Of a DNA stretch of 64,000 nucleotides, positions 1 to 8,458 are shown piece after piece. This stretch comes from Patescibacteria group bacterium (GTDB taxonomy: Bacteria > Patescibacteriota > Patescibacteriia > Patescibacteriales > UBA12465). How positions within the stretch are numbered: the stretch's first letter is position 1; the number at the start of each line of letters is the position of its first letter. The stretch lies in NCBI GenBank assembly GCA_041651195.1, contig JBAZJR010000005.1, positions 33 through 64,032 on the forward strand, written 5' to 3'. The notes under the pieces were generated by a model. It was not told the origin of the DNA. It saw only the letters and a program-made list of their open reading frames with translations, and ran no database searches. Made by a program: the position numbers and the translations under genes.

Positions 1-47
1 ATTTTAGCATAATATCTTCAAACCGAGAGCTTCGCTCTAAACGCACA

Positions 48-71
48 CGCCCGCTAAAGCGGGCGGTTTTT
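48..71 (+). terminator. intrinsic terminator-like hairpin
   Basis: CGCCCGC/taaa/GCGGGCG stem-loop followed by GTTTTT. It would terminate a + strand unit lying left of the window. Confidence 0.5.
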
Positions 72-80
72 ACCAGTTAT

Positions 81-111
81 AAAAAAGAGGGTTGCTCCGC
101 CCTCTTTTTTT
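81..111. terminator. bidirectional terminator-like hairpin
   Basis: A-run, GAGGG/ttgctccg/CCCTC stem-loop, T-run. It lies just 3' of the - strand gene ending at 145. Confidence 0.5.
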
Positions 112-144
112 ATTTTATTCTTCAATTACTCGCAAAGGTTAAAT

Positions 145-1326
145 TTATATTTTTTCTAAAACTGCTACTTCGCGGTAGACCTTCTGCCCTGGCCGACCAT
201 AAATTATCGTCGCTCGAGCAGACTTCTTGATGAATCCGCTGCTTTGCAGGCTTTCTGGCACCATATTTAAAAGCTTAAATCCTTGATAGTCGGGATTCAT
301 TGGCCGTTCGCCATAATAAATCGGCCAGATCATCACGACTCTTCCGCCCGGTTTTAAGATTTTTAAAAATTCTTTAATTGCTACAGAATATAACTCCTCT
401 AAATTACTGATAACGGCTTTAAATTCTAAACGCCCGCGCTGCGGCCCCAGATACGGCTCGGTAATCACGGCGTCAATCGATCCGCTCTTAATGAATTTAG
501 ATAAAGACTCGACTTTCTTGGCGAATAATTTCAACTTGAAATCACTGATCTTATACAATTCTTTAAGCCAACTGATATTCTTACGCGTATCTTCAATTGC
601 TTTCAAAGAAATATCGGAGCCGAATAAATTCTTATAACCAAGGATGGCTGCTTCGCTAAGGATAGTCCCGGAACCGCAAAAAGGATCGATGATTACAGCC
701 CCTGAGCCGATCTGTGCCAGATTGATCATGATTTGCGCCAATTTCGGCGGCAACATGCCGGACAAATCATCGCGAGCCGGCCGGCCATAATCCCGCAGGG
801 ATAAGTCTTTAAAAGGCTGGACAGCCAAAGTTTCGCCGATCAATATAGTGTCGCCGTCGCCGACCAGGATAATTTCTAGACCACGGCTCGCTAGTTTATT
901 CTGCGTCACGACAACGCTGGACAAGGTCTTTTCTCGGCTGATTACGAAACGAGAGCTAAGTCCCTGGTCGCTAAAATATTTTTTTAGCTTCAGACCCAGA
1001 TCCTTCTTATTGAATTCCCGGCCGCCATAAACCGAGAGGCCGAAATTAAATTTCCCGCCGCCGCTTTTCGCCTGTTTGTCTACGGCCAACTTTTGGACAG
1101 CCGTTCGCAAAGCTGTCTCACTGCCGGATTCTACTTCCGCCGCTACCCGGCCAATCTTGATAACGCCGCCGAGACGCCCAATTAGTCGTTCGGCGATAAT
1201 GTCCTGGTCATTTTCAGCTATTAAAAAATCAGCGGCAAGAAAACGGGCGTTCTTCAAAGATAAAACCGCTGCGAGTTCGGCGACAGAGAGAGCGGCGTTA
1301 GTTCCGAGGACAAAAAAATATTGCAT
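145..1326 (-). CDS. class I SAM-dependent RNA methyltransferase with N-terminal THUMP-like region (Trm11/RlmL-like)
   Basis: Track ORF 145..1419 opens on TTG. The first ATG (MQYFFVLGT..) at 1326 is the likelier start. Motif I IIDPFCGSGTIL and motif IV-like AVITEPYLGP are visible in the translation. Confidence 0.6.
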   Translation of the reverse strand: MQYFFVLGTNAALSVAELAAVLSLKNARFLAADFLIAENDQDIIAERLIGRLGGVIKIGRVAAEVESGSETALRTAVQKLAVDKQAKSGGGKFNFGLSVYGGREFNKKDLGLKLKKYFSDQGLSSRFVISREKTLSSVVVTQNKLASRGLEIILVGDGDTILIGETLAVQPFKDLSLRDYGRPARDDLSGMLPPKLAQIMINLAQIGSGAVIIDPFCGSGTILSEAAILGYKNLFGSDISLKAIEDTRKNISWLKELYKISDFKLKLFAKKVESLSKFIKSGSIDAVITEPYLGPQRGRLEFKAVISNLEELYSVAIKEFLKILKPGGRVVMIWPIYYGERPMNPDYQGFKLLNMVPESLQSSGFIKKSARATIIYGRPGQKVYREVAVLEKI

Positions 1327-1645
1327 ATATCCATCATATATTAATCGGGAGCGACTGGCAATCAGCGCGGAGCCAATCAGCAAGCCTCTTCCGCCCAGGC
1401 AAATAATCAGCCATTGCAATTTTTAAATCTTTATGTTAAATTAGAATCTACAAATAAATATTTACCAATATCTTTCCCATGTCTTGATCATTTTCAAGAT
1501 AATTTCGTTAATATCAGGCGAAATTAAAGGTATTCTTCAACCCCAAAGGAAAAGGAATACTTGGGGATTTTATTTAATCAGCGGAATTAAGGAAGATTTT
1601 GAAAAATTTTAAGATATTCTTTAAGCCCCGCTAGCTATAATAACT

Positions 1646-2158
1646 ATGTCAAAAACTAAAACAACCGGAGCGACCCATTACGAGATTTTATTCATCATCC
1701 CGAATAAATTCACGGATGACGAGGCTAAGGCCGTGGCCACAGAAGTAGAGAAGATGCTCGTCGCCGGCGGCGCCAGCATCACCAGCCGTGAATACTGGGG
1801 CAAGAAGCGTCTCGCTTATGAGATAAAACATAACGCTTTTGGGTATTATGGTTTATTTGAATTTGATCTAGAGGGAGTTAATTTGGCCAAAATCGATTCT
1901 AATCTGCGCTTATCAACGAATGTCCTCCGCCATCAGATCGTCGCCAAGAAAGAAAAAAGCGAGGCGGATATCGCTCAGGCGACCAAGATCCGCGCGAAAA
2001 TCGATTCTAAAAAAGCCGAAGCGGAAAAGAAGCAAGAAGAAAAAGCTAAAGCAGCGTCCACGTCTGCCACTATTTCAAAAACCAAGGACAAGAGAGTGGA
2101 TCTGAAAGATTTGGACAAGAAATTAGAAGGCATCTTAAATGCCGACGATTTAATTTAA
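1646..2158 (+). CDS. rpsF: 30S ribosomal protein S6 with Lys/Ala/Glu-rich C-terminal tail
   Basis: HYEILFIIPN..EYWGKKRLAYEI..GYYGLFEF is the S6 signature. It is the first gene of the classic rpsF-ssb-rpsR order. Confidence 0.9.
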   Translation: MSKTKTTGATHYEILFIIPNKFTDDEAKAVATEVEKMLVAGGASITSREYWGKKRLAYEIKHNAFGYYGLFEFDLEGVNLAKIDSNLRLSTNVLRHQIVAKKEKSEADIAQATKIRAKIDSKKAEAEKKQEEKAKAASTSATISKTKDKRVDLKDLDKKLEGILNADDLI

Positions 2159-2195
2159 TCAAATAGCCCGGCTCCGGCCGGACTAGTCCAAAAAT

Positions 2196-2639
2196 ATGAA
2201 TCTAAACAAAGCTATGATCATCGGGAACTTAACCCGTGATCCGGAACTCCGCAATACCGCGACCGGCCAAAATGTCGCCTCTTTCTCAGTCGCGACCAAT
2301 CTGGTCTGGACCGACCAGAGCGGCCAGCAGCAAAAAAAGACCGAATTCCATAATATCATCGCCTGGCGCAAGCTCGCGGAAATCTGCGCTAAATATCTGC
2401 ACAAAGGATCAAAGGTCTATTTGGAAGGAAGATTACAAACGACCGATTGGACCGGACAGGACGGCGTCAAGCGCTATAAGACGGAAATCGTCGCTGAAAA
2501 TATGATCATGCTTGATAATAAAGGCGGCGCGGGACCGAGCAATGGACCAAGCGGCCCATCTAACAGCGAACCGGTGATCGAAATACCGGAAGAACCGCTA
2601 GACGAAGAAGAAATACGCGTAGAAAATATTCCTTTCTAA
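2196..2639 (+). CDS. ssb: single-stranded DNA-binding protein
   Basis: OB-fold N-terminus MNLNKAMIIGNLTRDPELR..FSVATN, Gly/Pro/Ser linker, acidic tail ending ENIPF. It lies between rpsF and rpsR. Confidence 0.9.
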   Translation: MNLNKAMIIGNLTRDPELRNTATGQNVASFSVATNLVWTDQSGQQQKKTEFHNIIAWRKLAEICAKYLHKGSKVYLEGRLQTTDWTGQDGVKRYKTEIVAENMIMLDNKGGAGPSNGPSGPSNSEPVIEIPEEPLDEEEIRVENIPF

Positions 2640-2654
2640 TAAAACCATAAAACT

Positions 2655-2867
2655 ATGACTAATAAAAAACCCAAAGAATGTTATTTTTGCGTCAATAATC
2701 TGGATGTCGATTATAAAGATACGCGCAACCTGCGCCGCTTCGTAAATTTCTACATGAAGATCTTGCCGAGCGCCCGCACCGGCGTCTGTGCCTGGCATCA
2801 GCGGAAACTGGCGACCGCGATCAAGCGCGCCCGCGTCATGGCGCTCTTAGGGGCGACCCACAAATAA
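2655..2867 (+). CDS. rpsR: 30S ribosomal protein S18
   Basis: CYFC..VDYKD..LRRF...[30 protein letters not shown] matches S18. Confidence 0.9.
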   Translation: MTNKKPKECYFCVNNLDVDYKDTRNLRRFVNFYMKILPSARTGVCAWHQRKLATAIKRARVMALLGATHK

Positions 2868-2890
2868 AAGAAAAGTAAAACTAGACTATT

Positions 2891-3451
2891 ATGCTGAATT
2901 TCAATGAAATAAAAACCGGCCGCGTCATCAAGCTGAACGGCGAGCCTTTCATTATTATCAAAACCGACCATCATAAGATGGGCCGCGGCGGCGCCGTCCT
3001 GAAAGTCAAGTGCCGTAATCTGATCAATGGCAATATCCTGGAACGGACATATCAAGGCGCAGAAAAAGCAGAGGAGGCGGAAACTGAAACCAAAAAGGCA
3101 AACTTCATGTATAAAGATAAGGAGGAAGCCTATTTCATGGACAATACCAACTACGAACAATTCAATCTGCCCCTGGAAGAAATCGGCGAATCTGCCCAAT
3201 TCTTAAAAGAGGGAGTAGATGTCGACGTCCTATATTTCGAAAGCCGACCTGTATCTGTCAGCCTGCCGATCAAGATGGAATTTAAGGTGACGAGCGCGCC
3301 GCCCAGCGTCAAGGGCAACTCTGCCGGCAATGTCAATAAACAGGTAGAGATAGAGACTGGCGCCTTGATCAGCGTACCCTTATTCATCAACGAAGGAGAC
3401 GTCATCAGGATCAACACCGATACCAGCGAATACGTCGAAAGAGCTAGTTAA
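2891..3451 (+). CDS. efp: elongation factor P
   Basis: GRVIKLNGEPFIIIKTDHHKMGRGGAVLKVKCRNLING.. and three-domain length (186 aa) are typical of EF-P. Confidence 0.9.
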   Translation: MLNFNEIKTGRVIKLNGEPFIIIKTDHHKMGRGGAVLKVKCRNLINGNILERTYQGAEKAEEAETETKKANFMYKDKEEAYFMDNTNYEQFNLPLEEIGESAQFLKEGVDVDVLYFESRPVSVSLPIKMEFKVTSAPPSVKGNSAGNVNKQVEIETGALISVPLFINEGDVIRINTDTSEYVERAS

Positions 3452-3458
3452 GATAAGG

Positions 3459-3487
3459 CCGCTCCGTACTACGCGGAGCGGTTTTTT
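3459..3487 (+). terminator. intrinsic terminator after efp
   Basis: CCGCTCCG/7-nt loop/CGGAGCGG followed by TTTTTTG. Confidence 0.75.
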
Positions 3488-3537
3488 GTTTTGTCTGTTC
3501 GAGGTGTTAATGTTATAATACGAATAAATATCCGCTT

Positions 3538-4932
3538 ATGTCTATTTGGATCATCGTCGCGGTCGCTTGTTTCTTAGTCCTAGCCCTTAGCCGGCTCGAC
3601 TGGGCGGTCTTAGTGATTATTGCTGCCCTGCCTGCCTACCTGATCCGTTTCCATATCTTAGGGTTCCCCCTCACCCTATTAGAAGTAATGATCCTGATCG
3701 CCTTCGCCGTCTGGTTTTTCAAGTCATTCGTCCCCAATCTAAAATCTTTGCTCCGGGAAAATGGGCGGCACCTGGCCTATCCTTACGCCTGGGAAATTAT
3801 TTTGGTTCTTATCTTGTCTTTCGTCGCGGCCGGCGTAACCGGTTTTAATGCCGGCGCCTTGGGGATCTGGAAAGCTTATTTCTTCGAACCGATCCTGTTT
3901 TTCATATTGCTATTTAACGTCTTCAAGAACAGGAACGAGCTGCCTAAGATATTCTGGGCCCTACTGCTTTCCGCGGCCGCGATTTCCCTATTTGCCATCT
4001 TCCAGAAGATAACCGGAGCGTTTATCGCTAATCCGGCCTGGGCGGCAGCCGAAACCCGCCGAGCAGTTTCCGTTTTCGGTTATCCTAATGCTGTCGGCTT
4101 ATACTTGGCGCCGATCATCATGCTCCTGACCGGCTGGCTCTTCTCACTCTCTTGGGAAAATATCTTTGATCAGGCGCTTAAAAAAATAGTCATCTGCCTG
4201 ACGATTATCAGCTCCCTATCGGCAATCTATTACGCCCGCTCCGAAGGAGCGCTGATCGGACTAGCCGGCGCCCTGTTCGTTTTCGGCTTATCCGCTGGCC
4301 GCAAATGGCTGGTGACGACCCTGCTCCTGTCGACAGTGGTCATCAGCGGTATCTTTTTGTACCCGCCGATCCGGAGTTTCGTTCTCACTAAAGCCGCTCT
4401 CCGCGATCTTTCCGGCGAAATCAGACGCCAGCAATGGACGGAAACGACGCGGATGCTCGCGGATGGCCGCGTCATATCCGGCGCCGGATTAGATAATTAC
4501 CAAACGATGATCAAGCCCTATCATCAAGAAGGCATCTTCTTCAATAGCGATAACCGGCCAAATTTCGACGCCGTCGTCTGGGCCAGCTCCACGTTGCGCA
4601 CTAAATATTGGCAGCCGGTTGAGATCTATCTTTACCCGCATAATATCATCCTTAATTTTTGGAGCGAATTAGGATTATTCGGCCTCCTAATCTTTATCTG
4701 GCTCATAATCAAATATCTCTTCGGTTCTTTCCGATTAAAGAGGATATTAGAACGAGCGCAAAGCCCGGATCAATATCTGGTCTTGGGCCTGGCGACAGCA
4801 CTGATCACGATGATTGTCCATGGCCTAGTGGATGTGCCTTATTTTAAAAATGACTTGGCGGTCATGTTCTGGTTATTTTTTGCTCTTCTGGGGCTCTTGA
4901 ATCTTTATTACGCCCGAGGAAAAAAATCTTGA
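3538..4932 (+). CDS. O-antigen ligase/polymerase-like (Wzy_C-type) polytopic membrane protein
   Basis: About 12 hydrophobic segments. A central loop after ..YYARSEGALIGLAGALFVF.. resembles the O-antigen ligase family. Confidence 0.55.
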   Translation: MSIWIIVAVACFLVLALSRLDWAVLVIIAALPAYLIRFHILGFPLTLLEVMILIAFAVWFFKSFVPNLKSLLRENGRHLAYPYAWEIILVLILSFVAAGVTGFNAGALGIWKAYFFEPILFFILLFNVFKNRNELPKIFWALLLSAAAISLFAIFQKITGAFIANPAWAAAETRRAVSVFGYPNAVGLYLAPIIMLLTGWLFSLSWENIFDQALKKIVICLTIISSLSAIYYARSEGALIGLAGALFVFGLSAGRKWLVTTLLLSTVVISGIFLYPPIRSFVLTKAALRDLSGEIRRQQWTETTRMLADGRVISGAGLDNYQTMIKPYHQEGIFFNSDNRPNFDAVVWASSTLRTKYWQPVEIYLYPHNIILNFWSELGLFGLLIFIWLIIKYLFGSFRLKRILERAQSPDQYLVLGLATALITMIVHGLVDVPYFKNDLAVMFWLFFALLGLLNLYYARGKKS

Positions 4933-4933
4933 T

Positions 4934-5650
4934 ATGACGATTATCCTCCAAAAAATCATCGCCGCGAGCGGATACTCCTCGCGCCGGAAAGCGGAAGAAC
5001 TGGTCCGCGCCGGACGGGTCAAAGTCAATGGGCAGACGGCCGTGATCGGCGATCAGGCTGATCCAGATAAAGACCTGATCGCTATCGATGGCCGGGTCTT
5101 GGCTGCGGCCGCCGCGCCGATTTATGTGAAGCTAAACAAACCAGAAAGCTATACTTGCACCAACCGGCGCTTCAATAATGAAAAAAATATTTTCGACCTG
5201 ATTAATCTGCCGGAACGGCTATTTGCCGTCGGCCGATTAGATAAAGGCAGCCGGGGGCTAATCCTGCTAACTAACGACGGTGCTCTGGCTCAGCGCCTGA
5301 CCCATCCTCGCTTCCAACATGAAAAAATATATGAAGTCAGAGTCAGGGAAAAAATAGGGCAACCAGAATCCATCTTGGCTAAATTTCGGCGGGGCGTCGA
5401 AATCGGTGAAGGAGACGGCGTCGTCCGGGTTAAAGATATCAAATATTTACAAAATGGGCTTTTTATAATAACCTTAAGCGAGGGTAAGAAGCGGCAGATC
5501 CGCCGGATGTTTAAAGCCCTCGGGCTGACCGTCGGCGATCTCAAAAGGACGAACCTAGCCGGACTAGAGTTGGATGGTTTAAAAGAGGGGAGCTGGGCCC
5601 GTCTCAGCCTAGAGGAAATAAAAAAATTAAAAAAAGGAGAGGTCGCATAG
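4934..5650 (+). CDS. pseudouridine synthase, RsuA/RluB family (S4 domain + catalytic GRLD motif)
   Basis: N-terminal S4-like SRRKAEELVRAGRVKVNG and catalytic motif VGRLDKGSRGLILLTNDG. The last 15 nt, including the stop, overlap tRNA-Ser. Confidence 0.85.
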   Translation: MTIILQKIIAASGYSSRRKAEELVRAGRVKVNGQTAVIGDQADPDKDLIAIDGRVLAAAAAPIYVKLNKPESYTCTNRRFNNEKNIFDLINLPERLFAVGRLDKGSRGLILLTNDGALAQRLTHPRFQHEKIYEVRVREKIGQPESILAKFRRGVEIGEGDGVVRVKDIKYLQNGLFIITLSEGKKRQIRRMFKALGLTVGDLKRTNLAGLELDGLKEGSWARLSLEEIKKLKKGEVA

Positions 5651-5723
5651 TTGGTTTATTGCGCTGGTCTCGAAAACCGGTATGCCTGAAAGGGCATCGA
5701 GGGTTCGAATCCCTCCCTCTCCG
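5636..5723 (+). tRNA. tRNA-Ser (anticodon CGA), type II with long variable arm
   Basis: Hand-folded cloverleaf: acceptor GGAGAGG/CCTCTCC, anticodon stem CTGGT/ACCGG, loop CTCGAAA, variable arm ATGCC..GGCAT, T-arm GAGGG-TTCGAAT-CCCTC, discriminator G. No encoded CCA. Confidence 0.9.
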
Positions 5724-5750
5724 CAACATCGTGCTAGCACGAGGTAGTCT

Positions 5751-5780
5751 AAAACAGAGCTTTTTGAAAGCTCTGTTTTT
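5751..5780 (+). terminator. intrinsic terminator after tRNA-Ser
   Basis: CAGAGCTTT/ttg/AAAGCTCTG stem followed by TTTTT. Confidence 0.7.
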
Positions 5781-5837
5781 AGTTGGGAAAGGGCCATTTT
5801 TTCTTAAAATAAGCTCTTTGACAACTTATGTCATTTT

Positions 5838-5865
5838 TTGACATTTCTATAAAATATGTTAAAAT
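5838..5865 (+). promoter_or_regulatory. sigma70-like promoter for the HTH-hsdRMS operon
   Basis: TTGACA (5838-5843), 16-nt spacer, TAAAAT (5860-5865), about 37 nt before the ATG at 5903. It is embedded in TGACA/TGTCA half-site repeats. Confidence 0.55.
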
Positions 5866-5902
5866 TTAGATAAAGAAAAGATAAATAAAATCTAAATTTT
5901 AT

Positions 5903-6082
5903 ATGAGTGACCGAATTGAAAAACTTCTAACTATAGAAGAGGTAGCCGATATTTTAAGGGTGAGCACTAGGACCATTGTTAGATATATAGAATCTGGGAA
6001 ATTAAAAGCTTCTAAAATAGGTGTTTGGAGAATTAAAGAGTCTGATGTTCACCTATTTTTGGAGGAAACTAGTAATAAATAG
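5903..6082 (+). CDS. excisionase-family (MerR-like) helix-turn-helix DNA-binding protein, 59 aa
   Basis: Not in the ORF track (59 aa). Translation MSDRIEKLLTIEEVADILRVSTRTIVRYIESGKLKASKIGVWRIKESDVHLFLEETSNK has the LT.eEvA..L.vS..Tv.r....G.l......g..w.i pattern of Xis-type HTH proteins. Its TAG stop is 1 nt before the hsdR ATG. Confidence 0.65.
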   Translation: MSDRIEKLLTIEEVADILRVSTRTIVRYIESGKLKASKIGVWRIKESDVHLFLEETSNK

Positions 6083-6083
6083 T

Positions 6084-8453
6084 ATGATCGACAAAAAACA
6101 GCTCTCCGAGCAAGACATAAGAACAAAATTCATAACCCCGGCTATTAAAAATGCTGGATGGGATGAAATGACACAACTTCGAGAAGAGGTTTATTTTACT
6201 GCTGGTCGAATAGAGGTTCAAGGAAAAATTGTTAAACGTGGTGAGGCAAAAAAGGCTGATTATATTCTTTATCACAAGCATAACTTCCCAATTGCAGTTA
6301 TTGAAGCAAAAGATAACAAGCATTCAATTTCCAGTGGTATTCAACAAGCCCAAGATTATGCTGAACTCTTAGATATACCTTTTGCTTACAGCTCTAATGG
6401 AGATGGTTTTTTAGAACATGATTTTTTTACTGGGAAAGAGAGGAATTTATCCCTGGAAGAATTACCAAGTCCAGCTGAGCTTTTTGAAAGATATAAAAAG
6501 GCAAAAGGGATTGATCAGGAAATAGAAAAAGTTATAAACACGCCCTACTATTCAGATGGTTCTGGAAAAATTCCTCGATATTATCAAGAAGTTGCTATTA
6601 ATCGTACTATTGAGGCTGTTGCAAAAGGTCAAAAAAGGATTATGACAGTAATGGCAACTGGTACTGGGAAAACAATGGTTGCTGGCCAGATTATTTGGCG
6701 ACTTTGGAAATCACGAAAAGCAAAGCGCATTTTATTCTTAGCAGATAGAAATATTTTAGTTGATCAAACGATGGTTAACGACTTTAAACATTTTGGTGAC
6801 AAAATGATAAAGATTCAAAGGGGAAAAATAAGCAAAGCACATGAAATTTATTTAGGATTATATCAATCGTTAACTAGTAACGATGAAGAAAGAAACGCAT
6901 ATAAAGAGTTTAGCTCTGACTTTTTTGATTTAATTATTATTGATGAGTGCCATAGAGGCAGCGCTTCGGCAGATTCTGCATGGCGGGAAGTTTTATCGTA
7001 TTTTGATAATGCTGTACATATTGGTTTAACAGCGACACCAAAAGAAACACATAAAATTTCAAATCAGGAATATTTTGGAGAACCTATTTATACATATTCT
7101 TTAAAACAAGGCATTGACGACGGCTTTTTGGCTCCATATAAAGTCATAAAAATAATGCTTGATAAAGATGTTGGTGGGTATCGTCCCAGTATTTCAGATA
7201 GAGATCGAGAGGGTCATGAAATTGAAGATAAAGAATATACAGACAAAGATTTTGATAGAAAAATAGTTTTAACTAATAGAACAAAAATAGTCGCAAAGGA
7301 AGTCTCTGATTATTTAAAAAAGACTGATCGTTATTCAAAAACAATTATTTTTTGTGTTGACATTGAACACGCAGAACGAATGCGTGAGGCCCTTATTTCC
7401 GAGAATAGTGACCTTGTAAAAGAGAATCGTAAATATATTATGAAAATTACGGGTGATGATAAGGAAGGAAAAGCAGAATTAGACGGTTTTATTGATCCAG
7501 AAAATCCATACCCAACAATTGTTACCACAAGCAAATTAATGACAACTGGCGTAGATGCCCAAACATGTAAGTTAATAGTTTTAGATTCAAACATTAATTC
7601 AATGACTGAATTTAAACAGATTATTGGACGTGGAACTCGTGTAAATGAGCCATATGGTAAAACTCATTTCACTATTCTTGATTTTAGAAATGTAACAAAA
7701 TTATTTGCTGACCCTGATTTTGATGGAGACCCAATACAAATAAAAGAGATTAAACAAGGCGAAGAACTTGAAGTAGAAGAAGCTGATATTAGCGCTGAAA
7801 TGGTAACCGAAAAAGAACCACCTACAGAGAAAAATCCGAACATAATTGAAGGCGGAGAGATAGAAGAGGGCAATAGGGAAAAAGTTTATGTGGATGATGT
7901 GCCAGTAAATGTTGCCTATAAGCATACACAATACCTTGATGCGAGCGGAAAATTAATAACAGAATCTCTTAAAGATTATTCTCGCAGACAAATTAGACAA
8001 AAGTATGCTTCATTGGATGATTTTTTGCAGAAATGGGATCAAAATAAACGTAAGCATTATATCTTTGAGGAATTATCAAACCAAGGAATAATGCTTTCTG
8101 AACTTCAAAAAGATATGGGAGAAGAAGTTGGAAAAGATCTAGATTTATTTGATATTGTAATGCACGTAGCTTTTGATAAGAAAAAATTAATGTCTAGATC
8201 TGAACGTGCTAATAGAGTAAGAAAGAATAATTACTTAACAAAATATTCGGGAAAGGCAAGAAAAGTGTTAGATGCTCTACTTGAAAAATATGCAGATGAG
8301 GGGCTTGAATACATTGAGGATATTAATATTCTTCGTATAGATCCTTTTATTACATTTGGGTCACCAGTCGAGATTGTAAAAGAGTTTGGTGGAAGAGATA
8401 GTTACCTGTTTGCGGTTGAGGAGTTAGAAAAAGCGATTTACGCTTATAATTAA
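6084..8453 (+). CDS. hsdR: type I restriction enzyme R subunit (EcoAI/EcoEI-like, type IB-style)
   Basis: N-terminal nuclease region EQDIRTKFITPAI..ADYILY..VIEAK; helicase motifs MATGTGKT, IIIDECHRGS, GLTATPKE; EcoEI_R_C-like tail. The ATG at 6084 is preferred over the track's GTG at 6021, which overlaps the HTH gene. Confidence 0.9.
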   Translation: MIDKKQLSEQDIRTKFITPAIKNAGWDEMTQLREEVYFTAGRIEVQGKIVKRGEAKKADYILYHKHNFPIAVIEAKDNKHSISSGIQQAQDYAELLDIPFAYSSNGDGFLEHDFFTGKERNLSLEELPSPAELFERYKKAKGIDQEIEKVINTPYYSDGSGKIPRYYQEVAINRTIEAVAKGQKRIMTVMATGTGKTMVAGQIIWRLWKSRKAKRILFLADRNILVDQTMVNDFKHFGDKMIKIQRGKISKAHEIYLGLYQSLTSNDEERNAYKEFSSDFFDLIIIDECHRGSASADSAWREVLSYFDNAVHIGLTATPKETHKISNQEYFGEPIYTYSLKQGIDDGFLAPYKVIKIMLDKDVGGYRPSISDRDREGHEIEDKEYTDKDFDRKIVLTNRTKIVAKEVSDYLKKTDRYSKTIIFCVDIEHAERMREALISENSDLVKENRKYIMKITGDDKEGKAELDGFIDPENPYPTIVTTSKLMTTGVDAQTCKLIVLDSNINSMTEFKQIIGRGTRVNEPYGKTHFTILDFRNVTKLFADPDFDGDPIQIKEIKQGEELEVEEADISAEMVTEKEPPTEKNPNIIEGGEIEEGNREKVYVDDVPVNVAYKHTQYLDASGKLITESLKDYSRRQIRQKYASLDDFLQKWDQNKRKHYIFEELSNQGIMLSELQKDMGEEVGKDLDLFDIVMHVAFDKKKLMSRSERANRVRKNNYLTKYSGKARKVLDALLEKYADEGLEYIEDINILRIDPFITFGSPVEIVKEFGGRDSYLFAVEELEKAIYAYN

Positions 8454-8458
8454 AAATT

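Noticed and set aside
848-1426. + strand ORFs 848..1030 and 1076..1426
   Set aside because: They are antisense to the methyltransferase gene, which carries clear SAM-binding motifs. The translations are Ser/Arg/Pro-rich.
5659-5841. 60-aa ORF (TTG start) overlapping tRNA-Ser and its terminator
   Set aside because: It is made entirely of the tRNA body, terminator hairpin and AT-rich island edge. The tRNA fold is unambiguous.
6021-6083. Upstream alternative starts proposed by the ORF track (hsdR GTG 6021; also 1419 TTG, 38908, 41020, 42222, 49713)
   Set aside because: Each extension overlaps an upstream gene, a tRNA or a hairpin. Each adds non-conserved residues ahead of an ATG that yields a canonical N-terminus or signal peptide.
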